Shown here piece by piece: positions 32,883-43,322 of a stretch of 64,000 bases of DNA. Below the pieces are notes generated by a model. It saw only the letters and a list, made by a program, of their open reading frames with translations, had not been told where the DNA came from and searched no databases. The position numbers were made by a program, and so were the translations under genes. The DNA comes from [Chlorobium] sp. 445 (lineage in GTDB: Bacteria; Bacteroidota; Chlorobiia; Chlorobiales; Thermochlorobacteraceae), in assembly GCA_002763895.1 (NCBI GenBank), contig NSLH01000008.1, forward strand, positions 12,914 to 76,913. Direction: 5' to 3'. Within the stretch, counting starts at the first letter, position 1; each line of letters opens with the position of its first letter.

Positions 32883-33039
32883 GGTCGTTTCTCCCTTTCT
32901 TCTCACTCAGAATAACTGCGCAGGCACCTTCAGCACAGAACCAGATCTTGTTTCCTGTGCTGCGCTAAACACGGTGCCAAAATTTACGAAAATCTCGCAT
33001 TGAGGTTTAAATCCAAGCTAGCTTGGCTGCCTTGAGGCT

Positions 33040-35685
33040 TTAGTTGCCAAAATTAGCTTGTAGCCTGAGTGCCGCCACAATATCGGTTGATGCCCGAATA
33101 ACCACGCCGTTGACATTTGTGGCTTGTACGAAAAATGCTGCCACATCACCAGAGAGCTGGACGGACTGTGCTACATCGTAGGCTAAGTTCAGCCCTAATT
33201 GCGTGCGCGGAAAATCACCGAAGTTTAGGGCAGTGCGTATGGTCGGGCGGAGTGTGCTGTTGAGAAAGGCATAGCCGACACCAATATCAATTGCGGTAAA
33301 AGTTTGTGTCTGTTTCCGTGGAGCAGGTCGACTGCCAGCTTGAGCGGGGTCTAGAACAAAAAATTCGCTTTGTTGATTGGTGAAATTGACATTGAGCCGA
33401 AGCGGAATTGCAAATGCAAAACTGCTTGAGAGGACGATTGCACGACTTGAAAAATTTTGTGAGACTTGCTGGCTATCCAGCGGTGAATAAATCACATCTG
33501 TTCGGCTTAGGCTTAGATCACGGTTGTCGTTGCGGTTGGTAAAAATTCCTGTCAGTCCCAGCGTAAGCGTAATTTGATTTTGCAGGTCAAATGCTTTTTG
33601 AATATCGCCTAAGAACGTAAATGTCGTATTGTCGTTTTGCAGAGCAAGTCCGCTTAGTGTGGCAACTTGAATGATTGAATTGACCTCGACGCTGTCGCGG
33701 AATGTTGCGCCAATGTTGTTTTTATTGCCCTGAAATTGCACTTCCAAGCGTACATTAGGCAGTTGATTACCGGGGAAGGCTGCAGCGCCGAATCGGAAGA
33801 GCGAGCGTGTGGTGGTTGCATCCAATGTGCCACCTACGCGGAGCACGCGGTCGCGCTGACGCAGCAAGTTATCGCTTAGCGATTCAAATGCCGCCGTAAA
33901 AATCAGTCGGCTGTCAAGCAAGCGGAGCCTATCGCTTATGCGAAAGCCTTGCACGTCGGGCAGATAAAATGCCAGACCGAAGGAGTTAAATTGTGAGCCT
34001 TGGCGCAAGTACTCGAAGCGTGTTGTATTGCCAATTTCTCTGATGTTAAGTTCACCACCGAAGCGAAATGCCAGTGAAGAGAGGTCAATCGGCAGCAGCG
34101 GTGTTAGGTTCTGGTTGATGGTGATAAGGTTTGTCAGATTGTTATAGCTTCCAATGATTGGAATGCTCTGCAGCCGCTCTGCAACTCCTACGTTACCTGT
34201 AAGTTCATCGAGTTGCTGCGGTGTCAGACTGCCGTTAGTAATGTCGCGGTTGCTTAGTGAAAAGCCCACATCGGCAAAGATTTCTGCTAATCCTGCCACT
34301 GGGATCACTTTTAGTCCAGCACCGATAGCGACATTCTGCTGTGGTGCTACACCGCGCTGAAGAATTTGAAATCGGTTTAAGCCTGTAATGTCATCGCTGC
34401 CACGTAGCACTTGCAAGTTGAAACTGACCAGATCAGTCTTGACACCTGCAACCGCAGCAAAGATATTACGCGAGAATGCTCCCAGCGCAGTTCGTTGCTG
34501 GAACGTTTCGCCTGCTGCACTCGAGTCAATGCGCACAAACCCACGCTGCAAGAGTGCTGTGATAGAGTCGGAGCGATTGGGCGAATTTACTGGAATCGTA
34601 ACTCTGCCACCGACAAATTGCGCATCAAATCCATCTGCGGCGTTACCCACCAGCACGGTTGTACGGATGAATCCGGGCGTGGCGTTGAATTCTACACCAC
34701 GCACACGCACGCCATTGCTCAGGTAATAGGTGTATTCAGGGAACACATCACCAGCTTTGACTTCTACAAAAGGCAGACCGATGCGTCCAAGGAAACGGTT
34801 GGCTGGCTGACGAAACGCTTGATTTTCATTTGTGATATAGACTTGCGCCCCAACGCTGAGAAAATCGAGTGTAGCATCAAAATTGACATTCAGTCGCGCA
34901 TAGTTAATCGTCGAGTCGTTGATGCGTTCGCTGCGCACTTCCGCAGCATTCTGTGAGGTAAAGCGCGGTTTTCGCTGTTCTATTTCTGAACGTACAGGCT
35001 TGCCCACATCAAGGCGGCTGATGACCGTAAAGGTTACACTATTGGTCGTGATCACAACATTGTTACTATCGCGTGCTACAACCGTTACCTTGCTTCTGCC
35101 CGGACGCGGTCTATCTGGCACATAGGTAATCATATTCTCTGAGATGATTGCGCGAGGCGTTACATCTGTGCCGTCGTAAAACAGTTGAAGTTTGCTTCTA
35201 TCAATCTTCGAGCTAATGCGATAGAAAGAGAAAGAGATCACAAGCTCATCTTCCGAGATAAAGGCACCACGCTCTGGCGAAATGAGAATGAGCTGATCGT
35301 TTTCAGGCTTTGGCATAACAGTTATACTTGCTGGTGTTGTCTCAGGCGTGAGTGCAGGGAAAGTTAGGCGCGAGCCATCGGTCAATTGTGCAATGACATA
35401 GAATTCAATGGCTGGCGGTTCGACTTCCTCGCCTGAAATTCGCGCCACATAACGATTGCCTTCAGGCTGCGCTTCCACAATACGATACTCTGATGTGCCA
35501 TAGACACGGAAACGCACGATGGCACGGCTGATGGAGACATTTTGCGGTGGCTCGATGCGCACTTCGAAGGGCTCGCCTTCTTTAGCTGGTGAAGTGGTAA
35601 TGTTCAGCAAACGCTCTTGTGCAAGTGCACCAGCAAGCGGGAGCAAGAAAAAGCAAAGGGTTCCTAAAAGGCGCCACAGGATCAT
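33040..35685 (-). CDS. large outer-membrane beta-barrel protein (hypothetical)
   Basis: 881 aa. Signal peptide (LLPLAGALAQE), about 230 aa of Ig-like/beta-sandwich-looking N-terminus, then about 600 aa of alternating-polarity beta-strand sequence. No family recognised. Confidence 0.65.
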   Translation of the reverse strand: MILWRLLGTLCFFLLPLAGALAQERLLNITTSPAKEGEPFEVRIEPPQNVSISRAIVRFRVYGTSEYRIVEAQPEGNRYVARISGEEVEPPAIEFYVIAQLTDGSRLTFPALTPETTPASITVMPKPENDQLILISPERGAFISEDELVISFSFYRISSKIDRSKLQLFYDGTDVTPRAIISENMITYVPDRPRPGRSKVTVVARDSNNVVITTNSVTFTVISRLDVGKPVRSEIEQRKPRFTSQNAAEVRSERINDSTINYARLNVNFDATLDFLSVGAQVYITNENQAFRQPANRFLGRIGLPFVEVKAGDVFPEYTYYLSNGVRVRGVEFNATPGFIRTTVLVGNAADGFDAQFVGGRVTIPVNSPNRSDSITALLQRGFVRIDSSAAGETFQQRTALGAFSRNIFAAVAGVKTDLVSFNLQVLRGSDDITGLNRFQILQRGVAPQQNVAIGAGLKVIPVAGLAEIFADVGFSLSNRDITNGSLTPQQLDELTGNVGVAERLQSIPIIGSYNNLTNLITINQNLTPLLPIDLSSLAFRFGGELNIREIGNTTRFEYLRQGSQFNSFGLAFYLPDVQGFRISDRLRLLDSRLIFTAAFESLSDNLLRQRDRVLRVGGTLDATTTRSLFRFGAAAFPGNQLPNVRLEVQFQGNKNNIGATFRDSVEVNSIIQVATLSGLALQNDNTTFTFLGDIQKAFDLQNQITLTLGLTGIFTNRNDNRDLSLSRTDVIYSPLDSQQVSQNFSSRAIVLSSSFAFAIPLRLNVNFTNQQSEFFVLDPAQAGSRPAPRKQTQTFTAIDIGVGYAFLNSTLRPTIRTALNFGDFPRTQLGLNLAYDVAQSVQLSGDVAAFFVQATNVNGVVIRASTDIVAALRLQANFGN

Positions 35686-35714
35686 CTTTTTCCTCCTTAT
35701 TTGTTTGAATTGGC

Positions 35715-36045
35715 TTAGTCGTCATCGCCGCCTGTCAGCATAAACAGGGCTTCACGCAGCTCTTTATTTGCGTGCGTCTGACCAAGCTTTGCTGTCAATG
35801 CAATGCCCTTTTCATAGAGCATTTTTGCTTTGAGACTTTCACCTTGCTTTTCGTAAAGCTTACCTAAGTGGTAGTAGGTTGCTGTGTAGTTTGGGTCGTT
35901 TTGCAGAAGGGTTTCAAATTCAGTTTGCGCCTCTTTAAGCAAGCCCAGCATTCGCATATTCCAGCGCAAGTGCATAGCGTGAAAAAGAATCGGTTGGATC
36001 CTTTTCCAAGAATTTTTTCAACTGCACGATGCGAGGATTACTCAT
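35715..36045 (-). pseudogene. small tetratricopeptide-repeat protein, frameshifted
   Basis: The track ORF 35715-35975 is preceded in another frame by MSNPRIVQLKKFLEKDPTDSFSRYALALEYANAGLA*. Removing one C from the C3 run at 35944-35946 gives ...ALEYANAGLLKEAQTEFETLLQNDPNYTATYYHLGKLY..., a tandem TPR. Confidence 0.65.
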
Positions 36046-36102
36046 GCTTAAAGTTTTCGGCTAAGATAGCAATTCGCGGGTATTTGCAAAATATTTATGT
36101 GC

Positions 36103-36474
36103 TTAGGCAAGTGGGAACGGTGGCCAGCCCATTGGCTTACCTGCAATCAGATGCACATGCAGGTGAAAGACCGTCTGCCCGCCCTCACGGTTGCAGTTGA
36201 TCACGGTCCGGTAGCCACGCTCATCCAGACCAAGCGATTTTGCAATATCTTTTGCAGCCACAAAAAGATGCCCGACCAGTTCAGCATCATCTGCTGTAAG
36301 GTCGTTGAGCGTCTCGATATGGACTTTCGGGACAATGAGAATGTGCGTTGGGGCTACAGGGTTAATGTCGTGAAAGGCGAAAATTTTGTCGGTGCTAAGC
36401 ACTTTCTTTGATGGAATGCGTTCTGCTGCGATTTTGCAGAAAATGCAATCTTCTTGATAGAGTGAGCGAGCCAT
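36103..36474 (-). CDS. HIT-family (histidine triad) protein
   Basis: 123 aa. CIFCKI... and the histidine triad HLHVHLI. Confidence 0.9.
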   Translation of the reverse strand: MARSLYQEDCIFCKIAAERIPSKKVLSTDKIFAFHDINPVAPTHILIVPKVHIETLNDLTADDAELVGHLFVAAKDIAKSLGLDERGYRTVINCNREGGQTVFHLHVHLIAGKPMGWPPFPLA

Positions 36475-36492
36475 GGCGATTTGGTTTAAGGG

Positions 36493-37572
36493 TTATTCTT
36501 TGAGCGACTGTTGTGCTGCCGCTTTGAGACTGTCGCGCAGTTCTTTTCGGCGAGCGTAGTAGAGTGCCGCATTGACGGCATGTTGCTCAGCAGTTTCGGC
36601 AAAGCGATGCCCACCGTAGCCTGTTGCCACAAAATAGAGATACTTTGTTTTAGCTGGATTGAGTACGGCTAAGATAGATTCTTTTGTAGGGTTGCCGATA
36701 GGTCCAGGTGGCAATCCGCGATAAAGATAGGTGTTGTAAGGTGAATCACGCTTGCGATGTTTAGGGTTGTTAGGATTGCCATCGTAGTCATTATCCAGAA
36801 TGGCAGCGTAGATAAAAGTCGGGTCGGCTTGCAGCAGCATGCCTTTTTCTAAACGGTTGAGATAGACCCCTGCCACAAGCACTCGCTCTGAAGCTAATCC
36901 GGTTTCAGCTTCCACAATCGAGGCTAAGGTAAGCACTTCGACTTCACTCAAGCCACGCTTACGTGCCAGCTCGCGTAGGCTATCGTTGAACACTTTTCGT
37001 AATTCCTTAACAAAATAGCGAATCACATCTTCGGCAGTCATGGACCACGGCAGCGTGTAAGTATTTGCCAAAAAGTAGCCCTCGAAGTTCGGGGCATCCA
37101 CATCCAGTTCCTTGAGTAATGCAGAATCAGAGAAGGCTTTCATAAATGTCGCCGAATCGGTGTCGAGACTTTGTCCAATGATTTGAGCCACTTGTGTGCC
37201 ACGCGAGACTTCAGGGATGCGGACTTTGACTTCATCTTGTTTGCGAGTGCACATAAAGCGCAGCAATTGCGCACTGGTCATTCCGCTTGGGATGTAGTAT
37301 CGCCCAGGCTTGATGTTTGTAAGTTCTGGCATGAAGCGCGCCACAATTTGCAAGGGCAAAGTGTGTTTGATGACACCTTCTTTTTGCAACTCGTTTGCAA
37401 TCTGCATAAAAGTCATGCCACGATGAATTTTGACCAGTTTGGGCTCATCATAGCGTCCAGAATTCAGTGAGGATTTGAACAGATACATGTACGCAAAGCC
37501 CAGTGCAACAGTGCCGAGCATAAAGAGCAAGAACAATAATTTTGAAGTTACACGCCAGAATATCTGCATCAT
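36493..37572 (-). CDS. mltG: endolytic murein transglycosylase MltG (YceG-like)
   Basis: 359 aa. N-terminal TM helix, LASIVEAETG catalytic region, YNTYLYRGLPPGPIGNP. Confidence 0.9.
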   Translation of the reverse strand: MMQIFWRVTSKLLFLLFMLGTVALGFAYMYLFKSSLNSGRYDEPKLVKIHRGMTFMQIANELQKEGVIKHTLPLQIVARFMPELTNIKPGRYYIPSGMTSAQLLRFMCTRKQDEVKVRIPEVSRGTQVAQIIGQSLDTDSATFMKAFSDSALLKELDVDAPNFEGYFLANTYTLPWSMTAEDVIRYFVKELRKVFNDSLRELARKRGLSEVEVLTLASIVEAETGLASERVLVAGVYLNRLEKGMLLQADPTFIYAAILDNDYDGNPNNPKHRKRDSPYNTYLYRGLPPGPIGNPTKESILAVLNPAKTKYLYFVATGYGGHRFAETAEQHAVNAALYYARRKELRDSLKAAAQQSLKE

Positions 37573-37602
37573 GTTCAGGGCGTTAAATGTGAATAGGCAA
37601 CC

Positions 37603-38345
37603 TTAGTCGCCGCGCAGAATTTTTTTGAGGTCGAGTTCAGGCAATTCTTCTAGCGTGGATATACGATAAAAGCCTTTTGGCAGTTTTTGGCGCTTGCGGT
37701 GATTGTTGATATACACTTTTTTACTGAGAGATGTTCAATGGGCAGCAAATCGCGCTCTAAGTCTGAGCCGACGACAATGACATTCTCTGGCTCGCATCGT
37801 ATCGATTCAATGGCAAGTTCAAACACTTTTGGGTTTGGCTTGAAGTATCCTGCATCGCTCGAGGTGATGATGGTTTCAAATCGGCGCACAAGTCCAAGAT
37901 CGTCCAGCGCGTCTGCCAAAATAAACGCCGAGAGCGGGGTATTGGCAAGAATGCCAAGCATATAGCCGCTGCGTTGCAAGGCAATCAAGCAAGCGGAGAG
38001 TCTGCGCGAGATTGATAGATTTGTCATACGGCGCAGCACCATCATAATTTCGGAGATTTCATCGATGCTCGGCTCGCGCTGCAAGGCTTGTGCGATAGCA
38101 CGAGAGACCACAAATGCAAAGTTCGGAGTTTGCAGCTCACGCAACATTGTTTGCTCGACACAGGCATTGAAGACAATGAGTGACGATTCGGCAATTTTTT
38201 GAATGTCGTGAAGGGTAAGATGTTGGTGCAGATGAGGAAATTGCAGAGCAGAAATATCCATATAGAGTTCGTTTGTTTCCTCGCACTCGGTCTTTTGCCT
38301 TGTTAGCACATCGAGGCTAAACAAGATAGCTTGGGCACTTTTCAT
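37603..38345 (-). pseudogene. HAD-like hydrolase with atypical motifs, frameshifted near the 3' end
   Basis: HAD-like C-terminal half (ITSSDAGYFKPNPKVFELAIE...VIVVGSD). Motif I reads FSLDVLT, so the first Asp is replaced by Ser. Adding one base to the T6 run at 37717-37722 extends the frame 45 codons without stops (...VKKVYINNHRKRQKLPKGFYRISTLEELPELDLKKILRGD*). Confidence 0.6.
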
Positions 38346-38404
38346 AGATAATTGCTGTGCGTTTGCTTCTTAGGGCTTCTGTCACGCATTTTGCTTGCAC
38401 GGCA

Positions 38405-38902
38405 TTATGCGCCAAACAGTTTTTTCCACTCCTCTATTTCATGTTCCGAGAGCATTGCAGGCTTTTTGTCATCACGCTCTTTACGATTTGCTGTTGCACC
38501 GTGTGCCTGCTCGCTTTTTGGCTCTGCTTCTGACAACCAGGACAAAAATTCTTCACTTGAAGCACTCTTTAGACCAGAGACACGCGCATAATCGCGAATG
38601 CTTCTGTCAGAACTCACAATCAAGAGCTTGTGCGAATGTGCTTTGTCTATGAGCGATTTGATGTATGCATCCGCACTCTCACCGCTTGCTGTGAAGATAA
38701 TATCTAAGTATCCCTGTTTTTCTGAACTGCCCAGTACGCCTCGTCCATCATACACAAGCGTTATCTCAGTCTTATGCTTTGCCGCATAACGGTACAATTT
38801 CTGTTCAAGTTTTTCTCTAACAAGTGATAATGTTTGCGGGGAAAGCGCTTTACCCAACTTATGCACCAGATTATAGCCGTCGATAATTACTCGCTTCATC
38901 AA
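38405..38902 (-). CDS. NYN-domain (YacP/Rae1-like) ribonuclease family protein
   Basis: 165 aa. VIIDGYNLVH...ITLVYDG...IIFTASGESADAYI...LLIVSSDRSI, as in the YacP-like NYN family. Confidence 0.75.
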   Translation of the reverse strand: MMKRVIIDGYNLVHKLGKALSPQTLSLVREKLEQKLYRYAAKHKTEITLVYDGRGVLGSSEKQGYLDIIFTASGESADAYIKSLIDKAHSHKLLIVSSDRSIRDYARVSGLKSASSEEFLSWLSEAEPKSEQAHGATANRKERDDKKPAMLSEHEIEEWKKLFGA

Positions 38903-39174
38903 CTTCTAAACGCTCTAAATGCTTAACATTTTTGCACTCCGGCAATATACAAAAGTAAGATTTATTATGAGGAATTGCTCTGAACAATCATCAATAGCAA
39001 CGACACTGCAGGCTGCTTCAGCATCAGATATTGCAGGGTATGAGTTTCTGCAGAACTTAGCTTTGTGCAGGTAAGTGTGCCGTGCATCTTTTTGCAATTT
39101 ATTATCTGAGATTTTCAATTCATAAAAGGGCTCTTGCTATTGCATTATCTTTGGGCATTTTCAAAACATGTGAT

Positions 39175-40317
39175 ATGCAATTTGAACTGCAAAAAAAAGA
39201 CGTCCATTCGGCGGCTCGAGCGGGCAAAATTACGACGGCGCACGGGGAGATTCTAACGCCTGTCTTCATGCCTGTTGGTACGCGTGGCAGCGTACGTGCC
39301 GTTGAGCCACGTGAACTTCTTGAGATTGGTGCCCAAATCATTCTTGCCAACACATATCACCTTTATTTGCGACCCTCAACAGCGCTGCTCGTCAAAGCTG
39401 GCGGCGTGCACAATTTCATCAGCTGGCACAGACCTATTCTGACCGATAGCGGTGGCTATCAAGTTTTTTCACTCTCAGAACTGCGTCAGATGAGCGAAGA
39501 GGGCGTGATATTCAAATCGCATCTGGATGGCTCAAAGCATTTCTTTACACCTGAAAGTGTCGTAGATGCGCAGCGATGCATCGGCAGCGATATCATGATG
39601 GTCTTAGATGAATGTCCACCGCACCATGCAGCGCGAGAGTATATCAAAGCCTCAAGTGAACTTACGATTCGCTGGGCAGCACGAGCGCAAGCCCATTTTG
39701 CCAAAACGTCGCCCCTCTACGGCTACGAGCAAACGCTGTTTGCAATTACGCAAGGCGGAACATTTGATGATTTGCGCACCGAATCCACCAAGCGTCTGGT
39801 TGAAATGGATTTTGAGGGTTATGCTATTGGTGGACTTGCAGTTGGCGAGCCTGAAGAAGCAATGTATCGTGTCTTAGAACTCTCGCATCCGTTATTGCCC
39901 GAACATAAACCGCGTTACCTGATGGGCGTTGGCACACCTATCAACATTCTCAATGCAATTGAGCGTGGCATCGATATGTTTGACTGTGTTCTACCAACTC
40001 GTGAAGGCAGAAATGGTAGAGTCTACACACGCTATGGCGCCCTCAACATTCGTGCCGCCAAGTATGCCGAAGACTTCCGCCCGCTTGACGAAGGCTTTGA
40101 GAACTATGTCTGTCAAAACTTTTCTCGAGCTTACATCCGTCATCTTTTCAATGTCGATGAAATTTTAGGGCTTCAACTCTGTTCGCTTCAAAATTTGTCA
40201 TTTTTTCTTTGGCTCACACACACTGCACGCGCACGCATTCTCGATGGCACCTTCAAGGCGTGGAAAGAGGAGTTTATTGAGCAATTTCAATCTGGCGAAA
40301 AAATCGGTGCGCTTTGA
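39175..40317 (+). CDS. tgt: tRNA-guanine transglycosylase (queuine tRNA-ribosyltransferase)
   Basis: The track ORF starts at 39082, and the ATG at 39175 gives the family-typical MQFELQKKD...ARAGKITTAHGEILTPVFMPVGT. It has LTDSGGYQVFS, VLDEC, GGLAVGE, LMGVGTP and DMFDCVLPTR. The zinc site is atypical (see findings). Confidence 0.9.
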   Translation: MQFELQKKDVHSAARAGKITTAHGEILTPVFMPVGTRGSVRAVEPRELLEIGAQIILANTYHLYLRPSTALLVKAGGVHNFISWHRPILTDSGGYQVFSLSELRQMSEEGVIFKSHLDGSKHFFTPESVVDAQRCIGSDIMMVLDECPPHHAAREYIKASSELTIRWAARAQAHFAKTSPLYGYEQTLFAITQGGTFDDLRTESTKRLVEMDFEGYAIGGLAVGEPEEAMYRVLELSHPLLPEHKPRYLMGVGTPINILNAIERGIDMFDCVLPTREGRNGRVYTRYGALNIRAAKYAEDFRPLDEGFENYVCQNFSRAYIRHLFNVDEILGLQLCSLQNLSFFLWLTHTARARILDGTFKAWKEEFIEQFQSGEKIGAL

Positions 40318-40385
40318 TTGACCTGCACCAGTGAATTGTTGTGTGCACTTTCTTGCTCAATGCCAACACCCCGCCAGAGCAAGTC

Positions 40386-41207
40386 TCAAGATTGTAAGTA
40401 TGGCTCCGCTTCTTTTTCTGCTTGTTCTGCTCTTTCACGCTGGCGCTGCACAACAGCTGAAATCCAGATGCTCACTTCATAGAGCAATATCATCGGCACG
40501 GCAATGACCAATTGCGTAACGATGTCGGTCGAAGGCGTTACGATTGCCGCAAGAATGAGAATGGCGACAATGGCATGCCTGCGGTAGTGGCGCATAAAAG
40601 GGGGCGTGAGAAATCCAATTTTTGAGAGTACATACGACACAAATGGAAGTTCAAACACTAAGCCGCATGTGAGCAGTGTTCCCACAAAAAATGAGACATA
40701 GTGATCGACCGAAATGTTATTTTCAATTAGCGACGTGCCAAACCCTGCAAAGAAGTTGAGTGAGACGGGCAGAAGTATAAAGTAACCAAATGCGATGCCT
40801 GCAAAAAAACATAGCGAAACAAATGCTACTGCGAAGCGTGTGGCACTTTTTTCGTGTGGTTCTAAGCCGGGCTCAACAAATTTCCAGATTTGATAGGCAA
40901 AAATTGGGAATGCTGCGACCACAGCAGAAAAGAATATCGCTTGCAAATACAGCGAAATTTGCCCGTAAGGAATCAGGTTTTGCAACTTTGCGTTTGGGCT
41001 TGTGCGTTTGAGCGGTCCAATCAAAATCTCAGACACGATGAAGTCTGCAAAGTAAGTGCATACGGCAGCAATCAGTACTACTGCAATTAGCCCTTTGATG
41101 AGTCGCCAGCGTAGTTCTTCGAGATGATCTAAAAATTCCATCTCGTTTTGCTCAGAAAATTGCTTTGGCATAGAACTTTGTGTCGTTGCGTCTATTAGGA
41201 ACGTCAA
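40386..41207 (-). CDS. tatC: twin-arginine translocase subunit TatC
   Basis: 273 aa. FLDHLEELRWRLIK, six TM segments, PGLEPHEK. Confidence 0.9.
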   Translation of the reverse strand: MTFLIDATTQSSMPKQFSEQNEMEFLDHLEELRWRLIKGLIAVVLIAAVCTYFADFIVSEILIGPLKRTSPNAKLQNLIPYGQISLYLQAIFFSAVVAAFPIFAYQIWKFVEPGLEPHEKSATRFAVAFVSLCFFAGIAFGYFILLPVSLNFFAGFGTSLIENNISVDHYVSFFVGTLLTCGLVFELPFVSYVLSKIGFLTPPFMRHYRRHAIVAILILAAIVTPSTDIVTQLVIAVPMILLYEVSIWISAVVQRQRERAEQAEKEAEPYLQS

Positions 41208-41322
41208 GATACGAAACGCATTTTTTGCTGCCGAAAGTTTGTCAGCGCCATCACCTGTAGAGGCTTTTTATGCGCTTGGCATTCAGGCCGGTTTGTCTGG
41301 TAAGAAATTTTCTTTTTTCTTT

Positions 41323-42065
41323 ATGATAAGTTTTTTGCTCGATGCGACCGTGATTTTTTGTTATCACAAAATTACATCTCACCTTGATTTTGGTATCTGC
41401 ACACGCACGCCTGAAGATTTCCAGTACGATGCCAGCTGGATAGCGTCTCTTCCATGCGAACAGCGTCCGCACATCATTTTTGATGATGGCTATGAAGACA
41501 CGTTTGAGGTTGCCTACCCGATTTTGGATGCGCTTGGGCTGCGTGCCTCACTTTTTGTGATTACCAACTGGATTGGCAAGCCAAACCACTGGGACGCCAA
41601 TTTTTTCGGTACATTTCAGCATATTTCACTTTGCCACTTGCGGCAATTGGCTGCAGCAGGCTGGGAAATCGGTAGTCATGGCGCTACACATCGCGCTCTG
41701 ACCACGCTCTCACGCCATGCGCTTCGTCAAGACTCTTGGGGTCTAAACACTACTTAGAAGATGCACTGGGTGTGCCGGTCAAAAGAATATCCTTTCCATT
41801 TGGTATGTTTAATCAGGTTGTGCTTGAAGCATGTCGAGAAGCTGGTTATGAGGCTGCCATCTCAATTCGTCGTCGTTCTGCCTGTGGATTTGTGGAGCGC
41901 AGTTTAGCGGTGTATCGTTTCGACAGCATGCGCCGACTCCATGCCAAGTGGCGTGGCTCATCCCTCGAACTTGCCCGGCTTCGCTTCATCAATGCCTTTT
42001 CAGGCTTAACAGTTTTGATGCATTTTGTTCGTAATTCAGTGCCAGAAATGAAAGATGTCCGATAG
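41323..42065 (+). pseudogene. polysaccharide deacetylase (NodB domain), frameshifted
   Basis: The track ORF 41239-41757 (likely start ATG 41323) has FDDGYEDT and GWEIGSHGATH. ORF 41736-42065 has ISFPFGMFN. The break is around 41730-41741, which includes a G4 run. Confidence 0.75.
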
Positions 42066-43322
42066 ATTGACCCAATACTTTTTGCTTGCTCTGGCAAGTT
42101 TGCTTGTTATCTTTTTTGCTTACGAAGTGCGCGAAGTGCTCTCGCCGTTGCTGATTTTTATCCTTGCTGTGTTCATGCTCTATCCGATTAGCGAGAATTT
42201 TTATGCCAATCGATTGATTTGGATTTGTGTGATTTTGTTTGTTGCGTGGTTTGCTAAAACGCTCTCTGGACTGCTTGCGCCGTTTATTATTGGCTTTGTG
42301 CTTGCCTATCTCTTTGAGCCTTTAATTGGGCTGTTGATGCGCCTTCATGCGCGCATTACACGCAGCATGGCTGCACTTATCATTACCCTCTTTGGCGTAG
42401 GCAGTGTGATTTTGGCAGTTATTTTTATTACACCGCTCATTACCGCGCAGTTAAGTGCCCTTGCCTCTTCACTTTCGACTTTGCCTGAACAAGCCGAAGC
42501 GCTTGTCCAAGAGATTCTCTCACATCCACTTGCTGTACAACTTGGTCTGAACAGTCAAGACATACAAGAGTCGGTGGTTGAGTGGCTACGGACACGCTCA
42601 GATGATATTGGCTCAATTTCTGCAAACGCTATTTCGGCTATCGCAAGCAGTTTTCCGCAATTGCTCTCTGCCATCATTGATATTGTATTAATTCCTTTCC
42701 TTGCTTATTACTTTTTGAGTGATTTGCCCGGCATCAAAGAGACCATTCGGCAATTGGTGCCGCCACAGTATCGCAATATGGCGCAGGACTATGCCACGCT
42801 TGGCGGTGACATTGTCCGACAATACTTGCGCGGTCAACTTATCGTCGTGTTTATTCTGATTATGTTTTACTCCGTTGCCTTCTCGCTTATCAAATTGCGC
42901 TACTCATTCTTGGTCGGTATCATTTACGGTATCATGTCCTTTGTACCTTACATCGGCGGCATCATTGCATTTCTCTCGAGCGTGCTTGTTGCTGTCTTTG
43001 GAGAAAATGTTGCGCGCACCATCTTGCTCATTGCCATCATTTACGCTGCAGGACACGCCCTAGAAAACTTTGTGCTTGCTCCGAAAATTATTGGCGATCG
43101 TGTCAAACTCAACCCGATTGTGCTTTTCCTTGCAATTTTTCTCTTCGGCTATTTCTTTGGATTTTTGGTGTATTGCTGGCTGTGCCACTTTCAGCGTTTC
43201 TTGTCGCCGTTCTGCGTCGTTACTTAGAAAAGCGTGAGGCTGCTCAAGCAATAGCTACTGCCCTGCCAAATGGCGAGGTACAACTTGAAGAGACCAAACC
43301 TGCGGAGGTAAAAGAGCTTTGA
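42055..43322 (+). pseudogene. AI-2E family transporter (PerM-like permease), frameshifted near the 3' end
   Basis: 390-aa polytopic ORF. After the T5G2 run at 43162-43168 the other frame reads ...GVLLAVPLSAFLVAVLRRYLEKREAAQ...AEVKEL*, a family-typical last helix and tail. That stop overlaps the lolD start. Confidence 0.75.

Noticed and set aside
38915-39118. 67-aa ORF in the divergent intergenic region between the NYN-domain gene and tgt, and the N-terminal extension of the tgt ORF from 39082
   Set aside because: There is no RBS or recognisable motif. The family-typical Tgt N-terminus begins at the ATG at 39175, and the region is more plausibly promoter DNA for both genes.
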